The notes: generated by a model not told the origin, from the letters alone. A stretch of 64,000 nt of DNA from an uncultured Gemmatimonadales bacterium (GCA_963798845.1 CAWCUS010000005.1:192001-256000); one strand, 5' to 3'. Positions 1-10,228 are shown, counted from the stretch's first letter. Translations and numbers: made by a program.

Positions 1-440
1 GACACCTCCTGCAGCAGCGGCAGCTCGTCGGCCACCCGGTACCACAGCTCGCTGGTGGACACCACGTGCTCCACGAAGCGCCGGAACTCCGGCATCATTG
101 CCGACGGTGTGGGCGTCTGGCGCATGGCCATGAGCACGCCGAGGTCCTCGGCCGCGTCCGCGATCCCGTCCTGCTCCTTCAGGAACAGGAGGATGTCCCC
201 GCGGTCGACCGGCATGAACATGGACTTCGGCAGGTGGTCGCGGATCTCGTTCTTGAGCTCGTCCGCCATGTGCTCCAGCTCCGAGATCTGCTCGTAGGTC
301 TCCTGCGTCGCCGCCCAGTCGCCGCGCGTGAACGCGTCGGCCAGGTCCGGGATCAGCAGAACGGTGTCGTGGACCCGCTTCGCGTGCTCCGCAAGCGGCT
401 TGAAAGGAGAGCGGCCGAACAGGCCGAGAACGTTACGCAT
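1..440 (-). CDS. DUF47/TIGR00153 family putative phosphate transport regulator, 3' end beyond window edge
   Basis: Manual translation from ATG at 440: MRNVLGLFGRSPFKPLAEHAKRV...ISELEHMADELKNEIRDHLPKSMFMPVDRGDILLFLKEQDGIADAAED, a typical DUF47 pattern. Overlaps the tatD stop. Confidence 0.85.
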   Translation of the reverse strand, partial: MRNVLGLFGRSPFKPLAEHAKRVHDTVLLIPDLADAFTRGDWAATQETYEQISELEHMADELKNEIRDHLPKSMFMPVDRGDILLFLKEQDGIADAAEDLGVLMAMRQTPTPSAMMPEFRRFVEHVVSTSELWYRVADELPLLQEV

Positions 441-1203
441 GGTCGTCGTCGTCCAGGCGATAGAGTCGGTTTGCGTTTGCGGTGGTGACTTGCGCCACCG
501 CATCCAGTGAGTCACCCCTGAGCGCCGCCACGGCCCGCGCCACGTCCACCACGAACGCGGGCTCGTTCCGCTTGCCGCGATGCGGCACGGGAGCGAGGTA
601 GGGTGAGTCGGTCTCGATCAGGAGGCGGTCGGCAGGCGTGGCCGCCACCAGGTCCATTGCATCGTAGCCCGGGAACGTCACCAGCCCGGAGAAGGAGATG
701 TACCAGCCGGCCGCTGCGCCAGCATCGAACAGCGCGCGTGAGCCGGCGAAGCAGTGGAGCACACCGCGCACGCCCGCGGGCGCCTCACGGATCATGGCAA
801 TGGCGTCCGCGTCCGCATCCCGCACGTGGACCACGACCGGAAGCCCCGTCTCCGCCGACAGCTCCAGGTGCCGTCCGAACGACTCCCGCTGCGCCGATCG
901 CGGGGAGTTGTCGTAGTAGTAGTCCAGCCCCGTTTCCCCGATGGCGACCACGCGATCCTCGTCCACGAGCTCGCGCACGCGGTCGAACCGTCCGGGGTCT
1001 CCCTCCGCGACGTGCGGGTGGATGCCCGCCGTGGACCAGACGCCCAGCCGCAGAGCCAGCGCCAGAGCCGCTCCGGAGTCTCCGTCATCGGAGCCCACGA
1101 GAACGAAGCGCCCGACGCCCGCGGCCCGTGCGCGCGCCGCCGCCGCCGTCGCGTCGCCCTCGAAACGTTCATCTGTCAGGTGACAGTGCGAGTCGAAGTA
1201 CAT
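433..1203 (-). CDS. tatD: TatD family metal-dependent hydrolase/DNase
   Basis: DSHCH, GIHPH, AIGETGLDY, HCF and ETDSPYLAP motifs. Confidence 0.95.
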   Translation of the reverse strand: MYFDSHCHLTDERFEGDATAAAARARAAGVGRFVLVGSDDGDSGAALALALRLGVWSTAGIHPHVAEGDPGRFDRVRELVDEDRVVAIGETGLDYYYDNSPRSAQRESFGRHLELSAETGLPVVVHVRDADADAIAMIREAPAGVRGVLHCFAGSRALFDAGAAAGWYISFSGLVTFPGYDAMDLVAATPADRLLIETDSPYLAPVPHRGKRNEPAFVVDVARAVAALRGDSLDAVAQVTTANANRLYRLDDDDHA

Positions 1204-1266
1204 CGTCTCCAGCTTGCGAAGAAGGCCGCGCGGCGCGTGCCGGCGGCCTTCACGCCGTTGCCCCGC

Positions 1267-2211
1267 TCAGGCGCGCGCCCTTCGCGCTCCGCCCGCGGCG
1301 GCGTGCTTCTCTCCCGTCCGTTCCTCGATCTCGAGCAGCGCGGGCGAGGCCACGAAGATCGAGGAGTAGGTTCCGATCACAATCCCGACGATGAGGATCA
1401 GGGCGAAGCTCCGGATGATCGTACCGCCCAGGAGGAAGAGCGCGAGCAGCACGGCGAACGTGGTGCCGGAGGTCAGGACGGTGCGCGGGAGGGTCTCGTT
1501 GATCGAGCGATCGAGCACGTTGAGGTACGGATCGCGGCGCCCCGACCCCTTGAGATTCTCGCGCACGCGATCGAACACGATGATGGTGTCGTTCAGCGAG
1601 TACCCGATGATGGTCAGGACCGCGGCCACCGTCGGAAGCGACACCTCGATCCTGAGCCCCGAGATGACGCCCAGCGTGATCAGGGTGTCGTGGACCGTCG
1701 CAATCACGGCGGCGACGCCGAAGCGCCACTCGAACCGGAAGGCCAGGTAGATCAGCGTGAGCCCGAAGGAGAGGAGGATGGCGATGAGCGCCTTCTCCTG
1801 CAGCTCGCTACCGATCTTCGGCCCCACCGCCTCCGTGCGGACCACCTTGAACGTCCCCTCGCCGTAATGGGCGGCCAGGAGGTTCGTGATGATGTCGGAC
1901 GTGTTCGTCCCCTCTTCCGCGAACTCCGGCACCCGTACCAGGAACTCGTCCTCCGCGCCGAAGCGCGTCACCTCCGGCCGCTGGAGCTGACCCACCACGC
2001 CCCGCAGCTCGCCCACGGTGGTAGGCTTGGAGAACTCGATCTGCACCAGCGTCCCACCCGTGAAATCGACGCCGTAGTTCACCCAGCCGCGCCCGGTGGC
2101 GGCGAAGAACACCATCGCCGCCAGGCTCAGGGCGATCAACGTGCCGCTGAGCACGTAGGCGCCGCGGCGGCGCTCGATGAACTGGTAGTTCGCCTTCTGG
2201 AATAGCCGCAT
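1267..2211 (-). CDS. secF: Protein translocase subunit SecF
   Basis: GVDFTGG, VGPKIGSEL, GYSLNDTIIVFDRVREN and GTYSSIFVASP motifs; adjacent to secD. Confidence 0.97.
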   Translation of the reverse strand: MRLFQKANYQFIERRRGAYVLSGTLIALSLAAMVFFAATGRGWVNYGVDFTGGTLVQIEFSKPTTVGELRGVVGQLQRPEVTRFGAEDEFLVRVPEFAEEGTNTSDIITNLLAAHYGEGTFKVVRTEAVGPKIGSELQEKALIAILLSFGLTLIYLAFRFEWRFGVAAVIATVHDTLITLGVISGLRIEVSLPTVAAVLTIIGYSLNDTIIVFDRVRENLKGSGRRDPYLNVLDRSINETLPRTVLTSGTTFAVLLALFLLGGTIIRSFALILIVGIVIGTYSSIFVASPALLEIEERTGEKHAAAGGARRARA

Positions 2212-2229
2212 GATGGCTTGGTGCCTTCC

Positions 2230-3861
2230 TCAGATGCTGATGGGCTCGGTGGGCCGCTTCCGAGCGAGATAGAGCAGGAAGAACGTGCGCGTCACGTAGA
2301 CCGCAGAGAAGAACGACGCCACGATCCCCACCGACAGCGTCACAGCGAACCCGCGCACGGGCCCGGTGCCGAACTGGAAGAGGATCAGCGCCGTGAGCAG
2401 TGTGGTCAGGTTCGAGTCCACGATCGCCGACATGGCGTGCTGGAATCCCTCGTCGGCGGCCGTCCTCGCTACACGCCCCGCGGCCAGCTCCTCACGTATT
2501 CGCTCGAAGATCAGGACGTTCGCATCCACCGCCATGCCCACGGACAGGATCATGCCCGCGATCCCCGGAAGCGTGAGCGTGGCGTTGAAGGCCGCGAGGC
2601 CTCCGAGCACCAGGATGACGTAGACCACCAGCGCGCTCACGGCGAGCAGGCCCGAGACGCGGTAGTAGGCGATCATGACGCCGACCACCAGGATCAGCCC
2701 CACGATCCCGGCCACCTCCCCCTTGCCGATGGAGTCCGCGCCCAGCGACGGCCCCACCGAACGCTGCTCGATGATCCGCAGCGGCGCGGGGAGCGCGCCC
2801 GCGCGGAGCACGAGCGCCAGGTCCTGCGCTTCCTCGAGCGGCGCCTGCCCCATCTCGATCTGGCCCCGAGCTCCGATCTGGCTCCGGATCACGGGGGCGC
2901 TCACCACCTGGTCGTCGAGCACGATGGCGATCCGCTCGCCAATGTTCTGGCCGGTGACGCGCTCGAAGGTCCGGCCGCCCCGCCGCGTGAGCGTGAACGA
3001 GACGATGGTCTGGTTGTACTGCTGTTCCTTGCCCGGCTGCGCGTCCTGGAGCTCCTCGCCTTTCAGGAATGGCCGCTCCTGTAGCACGTACAGCGGCCGG
3101 TACAGCTCCGCCCCCTGTGCTGTCGGCTCCTCACCCCAGCGAAGGATCATGCCCCGGGGGATCGTCCGCTCGACCTGCGGGTTGGACAGCCACCGCCTCA
3201 TGGTCTCGTAATCGCGCTCGGCCACCAGCATCTCGCCGCCGCCGCCCGCCTGCATGAGCATGTCGCTGAAAGGCCGCCGGCTCGGCGCCTCCACCTCGGC
3301 CGCGGTGTCCGCCGCGCCCGCGGCCTCGCCCGTCGTGTCTGCCGCCTGGGCGGAGTCGCCGCCGAACAGGAGGTTCTCGACAGTCTCGCGTCCCGTCTCC
3401 TCCGGCTCCGCGCCGGGCGCGAGGCCGGCGCTGTCGCCGAACGCGGCGAGCACGGCGCGGTCGAGGCGAGGAAGCGCGGCGGTGAACTGCTGGAACTCCT
3501 GCTCGGTCGAGACCAGGTAGAACTCGAGGAAGGCGGTCTGCTTCAGGATCGACTTGGCCCGCTCCTGGTCCTGGATCCCCGCGAGCTCCACGATGATCCG
3601 GTCGGCGCCCGCCTTCTGGATCAGCGGCTCCTCGACCCCGAACTGGTCGATCCGGGTCCGGATGATCTTCAGGGCACGGTCGGTCGCATCCGCCCGGCTC
3701 TGCGGTGTCATGGTCCCGGCCTGGTCCTCGACTTCGAGCACCAGGTGCATGCCGCCCTGGAGGTCGAGGCCTCGCTTGAGGCCGTTGTGGTAGAGGTACC
3801 AGCCACTGACGACGACCACCAGGACGATCAGGGCGACGCGACCCTTCAAGCTGCCGAGCAT
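2230..3861 (-). CDS. secD: Protein translocase subunit SecD
   Basis: GLDLQGG, RIDQFGVEEP, LRAGALPAP, VGPSLG and GMAVDANVLIFERIREE motifs. Confidence 0.97.
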   Translation of the reverse strand: MLGSLKGRVALIVLVVVVSGWYLYHNGLKRGLDLQGGMHLVLEVEDQAGTMTPQSRADATDRALKIIRTRIDQFGVEEPLIQKAGADRIIVELAGIQDQERAKSILKQTAFLEFYLVSTEQEFQQFTAALPRLDRAVLAAFGDSAGLAPGAEPEETGRETVENLLFGGDSAQAADTTGEAAGAADTAAEVEAPSRRPFSDMLMQAGGGGEMLVAERDYETMRRWLSNPQVERTIPRGMILRWGEEPTAQGAELYRPLYVLQERPFLKGEELQDAQPGKEQQYNQTIVSFTLTRRGGRTFERVTGQNIGERIAIVLDDQVVSAPVIRSQIGARGQIEMGQAPLEEAQDLALVLRAGALPAPLRIIEQRSVGPSLGADSIGKGEVAGIVGLILVVGVMIAYYRVSGLLAVSALVVYVILVLGGLAAFNATLTLPGIAGMILSVGMAVDANVLIFERIREELAAGRVARTAADEGFQHAMSAIVDSNLTTLLTALILFQFGTGPVRGFAVTLSVGIVASFFSAVYVTRTFFLLYLARKRPTEPISI

Positions 3862-3928
3862 GGCTCCCGATTTCTCCCGTTCTGCTTACGTGCGGGCAGA
3901 ACGCCCGCTGTCCGTCGAAAGACGGCGA

Positions 3929-3957
3929 AAAGTGACGGTGCCACCGCCCCCTGTCAA
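3929..3957 (-). promoter_or_regulatory. Candidate sigma70 promoter for the secDF-tatD operon
   Basis: Minus strand TTGACA-17 nt-CACTTT about 70 nt upstream of the secD ATG; the -10 is weak. Confidence 0.5.
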
Positions 3958-3980
3958 CGGCAGCCGGCGTCGCGCAGGGC

Positions 3981-5273
3981 TCAGCCCTGATAGCTCACGC
4001 GCCAGATCCTGCCGCCGGCGTCATCGGTGATGTAGAGCGAGCCATCCGGCCCAACCGCCAGGCCGGTCGGCCGGTGCGAGCGCGTCTCCGCCCAGTTCTC
4101 TTCCCCGTGCGCGAAGACCGTGTGCGAAGGGCCGAACTCCCCGCCGGTGCGGGGGACGAACACCACGTACGCCCCCTCCTGCGGCTCGGGAGCGCGATTC
4201 CACGAGCCATGGAACGCGATGAACGCTCCGCCACGGAAGCGCTGCGGGAACGCGGCTTCCGCCCCGTCCGGCGGCTCGTAGAAGGCGAGCCCGTCGGGGG
4301 CCAGGTGGCCCGGGAATCCGAGGATCGGCGGGGTCAGGCCGGCGCAACGCTCCGCTGCCGTCTCCGGACCGCCGTACTCTGGAGCCAGAACGTAACTCCC
4401 CTGGCGCTGGTCGTAGTAGCAGTAGGGCCAGCCGAAATCCGCCCCTTCGCTCACCCGCACGAACTTCTCCGCGGGCAGCTCCGCCCCTTCCTGGGCCGAG
4501 TACGATTCACCCCAGTTCTGGTAGAGCTGGTCCCGTCCATGGACCGCCGCGTACAGCTTTCCGTCGCCGGGATCGAAGGCCAGCGCCACGCTGTTCCGCA
4601 TGCCGGTCGCGAAGCGCTCTCCGTCCGCGAGCGTCTGCCCCGCCTTCGCCGCGTCGAAACGCCAGATCCCCGCGTTCTCCTGGCGCTCATCGCACGGGTC
4701 CTTCCCCGGGGAGCCCGCGCGGCGGTCCCGCTCCTGACACGAGTTCGACGGGGAGCCCATGTTCACGAACAGCGTTCCGTCCGGGGTGATCGCCAGCGAC
4801 TTGGCCACGTGGCTCCCGTGCGCGCGGAGCCCGCCCACGATCGTTTCGGCCCCACCGGTGGGCTCGAGCGACCCCGCAGCCAGCCGGTACCGGACGACCG
4901 CCCCGTCCCGGCCGAAATACAGCCAGCCGTTCCACAGCCCGATCCCCGTCCCGCCGGCGTTGTCGAAGCGCCGGCGCACGTCCGCTCGGCCGTCCCCCGT
5001 GGTGTCCCGGAGCGCGAGCACCCCTCCGGCGTCATCGCCCGCCCCGTCGAGGGATACGAAGAGGTCCCCGTTCGCCGCCACCGTGATGTGCCGCGGCGCC
5101 GGCAGCCCATCCGCCACCACCAGGGCGCAGAAACCCTCCGGGAGCACCAGACCGCCATTGTCCGGGTCGCACGACGGGTCCGCTGCCGTGGTCCGGTCCG
5201 CGGCGAGGCAGCCCAGGGATGTCGTCAGGACTACGGCGAACGCGACCGTGACGGGAAGGTGCGCTGGTCTCAT
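3981..5273 (-). CDS. PQQ-dependent sugar/L-sorbosone dehydrogenase family beta-propeller, probable lipoprotein
   Basis: LPEGF, FATGMRNSV, DFGWPYCY, FHGSWNR and RPTGLAVGPDGSLYITDD motifs; signal peptide ending SLGC. Confidence 0.88.
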   Translation of the reverse strand: MRPAHLPVTVAFAVVLTTSLGCLAADRTTAADPSCDPDNGGLVLPEGFCALVVADGLPAPRHITVAANGDLFVSLDGAGDDAGGVLALRDTTGDGRADVRRRFDNAGGTGIGLWNGWLYFGRDGAVVRYRLAAGSLEPTGGAETIVGGLRAHGSHVAKSLAITPDGTLFVNMGSPSNSCQERDRRAGSPGKDPCDERQENAGIWRFDAAKAGQTLADGERFATGMRNSVALAFDPGDGKLYAAVHGRDQLYQNWGESYSAQEGAELPAEKFVRVSEGADFGWPYCYYDQRQGSYVLAPEYGGPETAAERCAGLTPPILGFPGHLAPDGLAFYEPPDGAEAAFPQRFRGGAFIAFHGSWNRAPEPQEGAYVVFVPRTGGEFGPSHTVFAHGEENWAETRSHRPTGLAVGPDGSLYITDDAGGRIWRVSYQG

Positions 5274-5383
5274 CGAGGCCCTCCTGAGTTCGGGGTCCGG
5301 GTGGGAAGGTGCATGGGCACTGGGGCGCCGGTCGCGCCGCTGCGGCCGGAGGACGGAACGTGCCGGCGTGGTCCGGAGTCGAG

Positions 5384-5457
5384 TGGGCCCGGCAGGACTC
5401 GAACCTGCGACCCTCCGATTATGAGTCGGGTGCTCTGACCGACTGAGCTACGGGCCC
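5384..5457 (-). tRNA. tRNA with CAT anticodon, most likely tRNA-Ile2 (lysidine); CCA not encoded
   Basis: GGGCCCGTAGCTCAGTCGGTCAGAGCACCCGACTCATAATCGGAGGGTCGCAGGTTCGAGTCCTGCCGGGCCCA forms a cloverleaf. The GACTCATAATC anticodon arm resembles Ile2, and the paired G1-C72 excludes initiator tRNA. Confidence 0.9.
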
Positions 5458-5607
5458 GCGTCGCGGTCGATGGCCGGAAACATAGGCCGGGGCCGCCCGG
5501 GGAGGAAGAGGAGGCCAGCGCGAGACGCCGGTGCCCGAACGGGTTCCTTGCCGGGTGGATTCCGGCTGCTGTATTCATTCGGCCCGGCCCTCTTCACCAA
5601 GGCCCCC

Positions 5608-7362
5608 TTGGCAGACGAAACACTGGATCGCTGTTTTCGACTCCTCGAGCTGGAGCCCGGCGCCACCTTCGTCGAGGTGCGGGAGGCGTACAGGGTACAG
5701 TGCCGGGTCTGGCACCCGGACCGCTTCGCCGGGAACGCCGCAATGCACGCGCGCGCCACGCTCCGTCAGCAGGAGCTGAACGCAGCGTACCGGACGCTCG
5801 TGCAGGAGTATCAGGGGAGAAGCGCTGCGGGCGGAACCGCTCCGTCGTCCGGCGAGAGCCAGGCCACTCCACAGGAGGACGCCGCGGCGCCAGCAGAGAC
5901 CGGTGCTTCGACCGCGGTCGCTGCGCGTCGGCGTCCGGGCGAGAGAAGACGGCGTTCGCCCGACCGCGGCGGGATCCGGGCGCTCGCGGCAGCGGCGCTG
6001 GCCTGGGCTGCCGTGTCGACGCGCCGGGCTCTGCTCCTGGGCGCGCTGCTGGTGTCCGGCGCCATAACCGCTGCCGCGGCGGTGGCCGTGCTGGTATCGG
6101 ACCGTGCCCTGGTGCGCGACCCTGATGGCACGCCGATCCTGGTGACCGCGCTGGCAACCGGAGGGGGGCAGGTGTGCGGCGCCGGTGAGCCCGGCGTCGC
6201 CTGCTGGGGTCGGAACGATGCCGGACAGAGCGGGATCGAACCGTCCAGCGACGGCGGCTGGGCCGCACCGGCGTGGCACTCCCTTCCGACGCGGGCCTCG
6301 GCGGTCGCGGCGGGGCTGGTGCACACATGCGCCCTGCTCTCGGACGGGCGGATCGAGTGCTGGGGCGCCAACTTCGCCGGGCAGCTGGGGACCGGTGGCC
6401 TGCAGGATCGGGCCTCGCCGGCCGCGGTGCTCGGGGACAGCCGCTTCGCGTCATTGTCATCGCTGGGGCGCCACACGTGCGCCCTGACGCGGGACGGCAC
6501 GCTCTACTGCTGGGGCGACGACACGGACGGCCAGCTCGGCCTCGGCCGTCCCGTCGCCGCGTGCCAGGTGGACGAATCCCGGTTCTACTGCTCCGACCGC
6601 CCGGAGCGTGTAGCTCCCCCGGCACGCTGGCGGGAGGTGGCGGCGGGCGGCAGCCACAGCTGCGGCATCGAGGAGAACGGGGGGCTGTCCTGCTGGGGCT
6701 CGGACCGCTACGGCCAGCTCGGCGCCGCGGCCGACCAGCGCTGCGAGGGGTCGGGGGGCGCGGCGCCCTGCCGGCGAGCGCCGGGGCCGGTGTCGCTTCC
6801 GCGGGTGACGGGCCCGATCCACGGCATCGCCGCCGGCGCATCGCACAGCTGCGTCCTTGACGGCGAGGGTCGGCCGCTGTGCTGGGGCCTGAACAGCCGG
6901 CGCCAGGCCGGCGCCGACAACGCCGACGTCCTCGCCGCGCCCACCCCCCTCCGCACGGATCTCCGCTTCACGGCCCTCTTCGCCGGCGGGTATCACACCT
7001 GTGGGGTCACCGCTCGGCGTGACCTGTGGTGCTGGGGCAGCGATGCGGCGGGCGAGCTCGGGGGGACCGGCCGCGACCGGTGCGGCGGCGAGCGATGCAC
7101 CGCCCGGCCCGTCGAGGTGGCGCGCTCCGTGTCGGCCGTCGCGACCGGCTTCGGCACCACCTGCGCGGCCGCGACCGACGGTCGCGTCCACTGCTGGGGC
7201 AGCGGGCTGGTGGAAGCGGCGAGGCCCGGCGAAGCCGCCGCCGTCGCGGTCGGCTCACCGGGCCGTCCGAATCCGCTCACACGGCAGGTGCTCTGGCGTT
7301 TCCGCGCTCTCAGGACGCTGACGCACCGCATCCTGATCGACCCGCTCCGCCGGCTCTTCTAG
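5608..7362 (+). CDS. J-domain + transmembrane segment + RCC1/BLIP-II-type repeat protein
   Basis: Probable TTG start at 5608. N-terminal LELEPGATFVEVREAYRVQCRVWHPDRF...QQELNAAYRTL (HPD motif), then hydrophobic helices, then about 7 repeats of the H[TS]C...CWG.N..GQLG type. Confidence 0.85.
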   Translation: MADETLDRCFRLLELEPGATFVEVREAYRVQCRVWHPDRFAGNAAMHARATLRQQELNAAYRTLVQEYQGRSAAGGTAPSSGESQATPQEDAAAPAETGASTAVAARRRPGERRRRSPDRGGIRALAAAALAWAAVSTRRALLLGALLVSGAITAAAAVAVLVSDRALVRDPDGTPILVTALATGGGQVCGAGEPGVACWGRNDAGQSGIEPSSDGGWAAPAWHSLPTRASAVAAGLVHTCALLSDGRIECWGANFAGQLGTGGLQDRASPAAVLGDSRFASLSSLGRHTCALTRDGTLYCWGDDTDGQLGLGRPVAACQVDESRFYCSDRPERVAPPARWREVAAGGSHSCGIEENGGLSCWGSDRYGQLGAAADQRCEGSGGAAPCRRAPGPVSLPRVTGPIHGIAAGASHSCVLDGEGRPLCWGLNSRRQAGADNADVLAAPTPLRTDLRFTALFAGGYHTCGVTARRDLWCWGSDAAGELGGTGRDRCGGERCTARPVEVARSVSAVATGFGTTCAAATDGRVHCWGSGLVEAARPGEAAAVAVGSPGRPNPLTRQVLWRFRALRTLTHRILIDPLRRLF

Positions 7363-7412
7363 GGCCCGGCGACGCGCGTCGCGGAGGCCACGGGACGTCG
7401 GAATCCCCCGCG

Positions 7413-8072
7413 CTACCAGAGCGAGTTGAAGACCCCGACCATGACGCGCCAGTGTCCCTGACCGCCTTCCGACGCGCTTCCCTCCACCCGGAACGGCCGG
7501 TCGAAGAGGTGCATGTGCGCCGCTTCGACCCGTATGCCCGTGACGTGGTCGGACCGCCTCAGGAACGTGACGTCCACGCCCGCTCCGCCCTGCAGCATGA
7601 GCTGCTCCGTCTCGCCCGTGTCCAGGATGATACTGGTGTTCGTGAGGCGGATGCTCGGGCCGCCCAGACCGTACGTCATCAGCCCCGCGGAGGCGAGCAG
7701 GTACGGCGTGACCGGCGAAGGTCCGAGCGGCCGGACCATCGCCCCCAGTGACACCGCGGACACGTTCAGGCCGTCGTACTGCCCCGGCGCGGCCAGCTTC
7801 GGCTTGCCGTGGACCACGTCGCCGTGAACGGCCAGCCACGGATTGACCCAGTAGTCCACGAAGAACGAGCCCGAGATCCCATCTTCAATGTGCACGCCCG
7901 CGCCCACGCCGGGACCCGCGTCCAGGAACGGGCTGTACATCACCCAGTCTCCACCCACCCCGACCGTGATCCTGGGCTGCTCCTCCTGGGCGGCGGCCGC
8001 GCCCGCGACCACCGCGCTGGTGACGGCGACGGCCGCGAAGACCCGCAACGACTTCGTCATGCGCTCGAGCAT
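7413..8072 (-). CDS. Outer-membrane beta-barrel protein (small, OmpA/OmpW-like barrel)
   Basis: Signal peptide (MLERMTKSLRVFAAVAV...AAAAQ), alternating beta-strand pattern, PYLLASAG motif, C-terminal aromatic residue (W). Confidence 0.7.
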   Translation of the reverse strand: MLERMTKSLRVFAAVAVTSAVVAGAAAAQEEQPRITVGVGGDWVMYSPFLDAGPGVGAGVHIEDGISGSFFVDYWVNPWLAVHGDVVHGKPKLAAPGQYDGLNVSAVSLGAMVRPLGPSPVTPYLLASAGLMTYGLGGPSIRLTNTSIILDTGETEQLMLQGGAGVDVTFLRRSDHVTGIRVEAAHMHLFDRPFRVEGSASEGGQGHWRVMVGVFNSLW

Positions 8073-8086
8073 CTGCGTTCCCCCCG

Positions 8087-10228
8087 TCACTGGATCGCAC
8101 GCTGCCAGACCGGCAGCGTCACCACGTTTCCGCTCTCCGTCACCCCGTGCAGCCGGACCACCAGGTCGGCCGGATCCCCGGACCGGGGAAGCGACAGGGT
8201 GAGCGGCCCGACCAGGCTCTCGACCAGCGGCAGCTCCGCCCTCACCTGGTAGTGCCCGGCCGTCTCGAGAACGAGCACCGACCGGTCGTTCGTGGGCGCG
8301 AACGCCAGGTCCTGCGTCGGGTGGCGCACCACGCTGCCCTCGCCACCGAGGTTCGCGAACGTGTGTGAGCCGTGCAGCCGGAGCACGTCGTTGAAGTAGA
8401 AGATGGTCGAGCCGCCTCTGCCCACGAACTGCTTGCCGGTGTCGTCGGCGTCGAGCCCGGTGATGACATCGATTCCGTTCGTAAACAGGTCGCCGATCGT
8501 CAGCTTGTCGGAGATGATCCGGTTGTACAGACCCGGATGCGCTCCTTTGGCCCCCCAGAGCCACACACGGTCTCCGTTCCCGAATGCGACAGTTGCGCGA
8601 TTATCGCTTGTAGCGAATCGGGCTTCTCCGCCGACATTCCAACCCCCCGCACTCCAGCTGCTGTTAGGGAGAGCAAGAATGTCCGACCCCTTCGCCCGGA
8701 GTTCAGAAATCATTGCTTCAATGCCGCCGGGTCCGCCGGTGACGCTGAACGTATTATTCGGCTGCCCTGCGACGTGGTCCCAGATGTAGAGCGTAGTCCC
8801 AATCCCGGACGACGTTCTCTGGCTTCATGATCATGCTGTCGACGTAGGTCACCGCCCACGAATGCTTGTCATCGACAAGCTGGTGCGTCGCCAGTCCAGA
8901 GCATGATATTGGCTTCCCGGGTCTGCCACTCAGGGTACGTCTCCACGATCCGGATCGGCCCGCCGCCGGTGATCGAGTAGAAGATCACTCCATCCTTGTC
9001 CTGGACCACGCGGTCTGAGGACGATCGCCCGATCCGTCCAGGTGACCATAGCAAGGCTGTCCGGTATGGGCTCGGTGACGTTGTAGAGCACGGCGTCGTG
9101 GGTCTCCATGCGGGACTTCTCGACGCGGTGGTTGAGGTCCACGAACGACAGGCTGGTGCCGCCGGAGTTGGCCACGATGAGCGTGTCGCCCGTCCGGTCC
9201 ATGGTGATCCCGAACGGCTGCGAGCCGACCAGGACCTCGTTCTTCAGGGCGTGGTCCGGGGCGCCGACGTAGTCGAGCACCTCGATCTCGTTGCGGTCGG
9301 TGACCGATGCGTAGAGCAGTCCGCGGCCGCGGTCGGAGACGAGGTCCCCGATCGTGCCGCCCCAGTCCCGGTAGATGGTGGTGCTGGCCACCACCGTGAC
9401 GTTCGCCGGTGCGGATTCCTCGGCGAGGAGGCGGGAGCCCACCGCCACGCACGGGAGGCTGGCGAACGGCTCGCGCACGTTTGCGGCGCAATTCCCGGCC
9501 GCATCCACGGCGAACCCGTGGACTTCCACGGTGACGTCGGTGGGCAGGTCGGTGGTGCCGAAGCCCTGGATCGGCAGCACGTCGTGGATCAGGGCCGTGT
9601 CGCGGGCCATGACGGTGTCCGAGCGCGCGACCGTGACCGTGTCGCCGCCGGCCTGATAGAACAGGACCGTGTAGCCGCACCGGGCGAGCAGCCCGCCCTC
9701 GTTCGCATCGCGGCAGCGGATGGTGACGTCGATGGAGTCATCGGCTTCCGCGCGAGCCGGGAGCACCGACGCCACGGAGACCTCGGGCGGCGTGGTGTCG
9801 GGGGCCAGGATGGCCACGACCGCGATCGCGGCGTCGCTCTTGAGACCGGACGGAGAAGAAGCCGTGGCCTTGAGAGTGACGGTGCCCGCGGCGGTCGGCG
9901 GCACCGAGATCGTCGTATCCAGCGAGACGGTCTGCGGGGCGCCTTCGAAGACCCTGCGGAAGGAGCCGTTGAACGCGCCCGTCCAGGACACGTCCATCGA
10001 TTCGACCCCGGAGCTGTTCCTGCCATCGGCCCGGACCAGGACGCGGATGGCGGTCCCGGCGTTCACCTGCGTGCTCGTGGCCGTGCGGTCGATGAAGACG
10101 TCGGGCGGGGCGTCGAGGACATCGCCCTCCAGAAGCGTTCCACCCTCGCACGCGACGAGGGATCCCCCGGCCAGGCAGGCCACGGCCAGGATCCCCGGCC
10201 AACGCGGAACCATGCGGCGTCGCATCAT
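8087..10228 (-). CDS. Large surface lipoprotein (Ig-like domains + YncE/YVTN-like beta-propeller), interrupted by at least 3 frameshifts at about 8790-9040
   Basis: GAGGAG SD; lipobox SLVAC; DTTPPEV Ig-type junction; VGSQPFGI and LIVANSGGTSLSFVDL propeller motifs. Protein-like text continues across frames into ORF 8087-8713. Confidence 0.65.

Noticed and set aside
3981..5457. tRNA-Ile2 as the integration site of an island
   Set aside because: I saw no integrase, no duplicated tRNA 3' end and no GC shift on the 3' side.
8470..9070. Diversity-generating retroelement variable region
   Set aside because: There is no reverse transcriptase or template repeat in the window, and the segment is internal and indel-rich rather than adenine-substituted.
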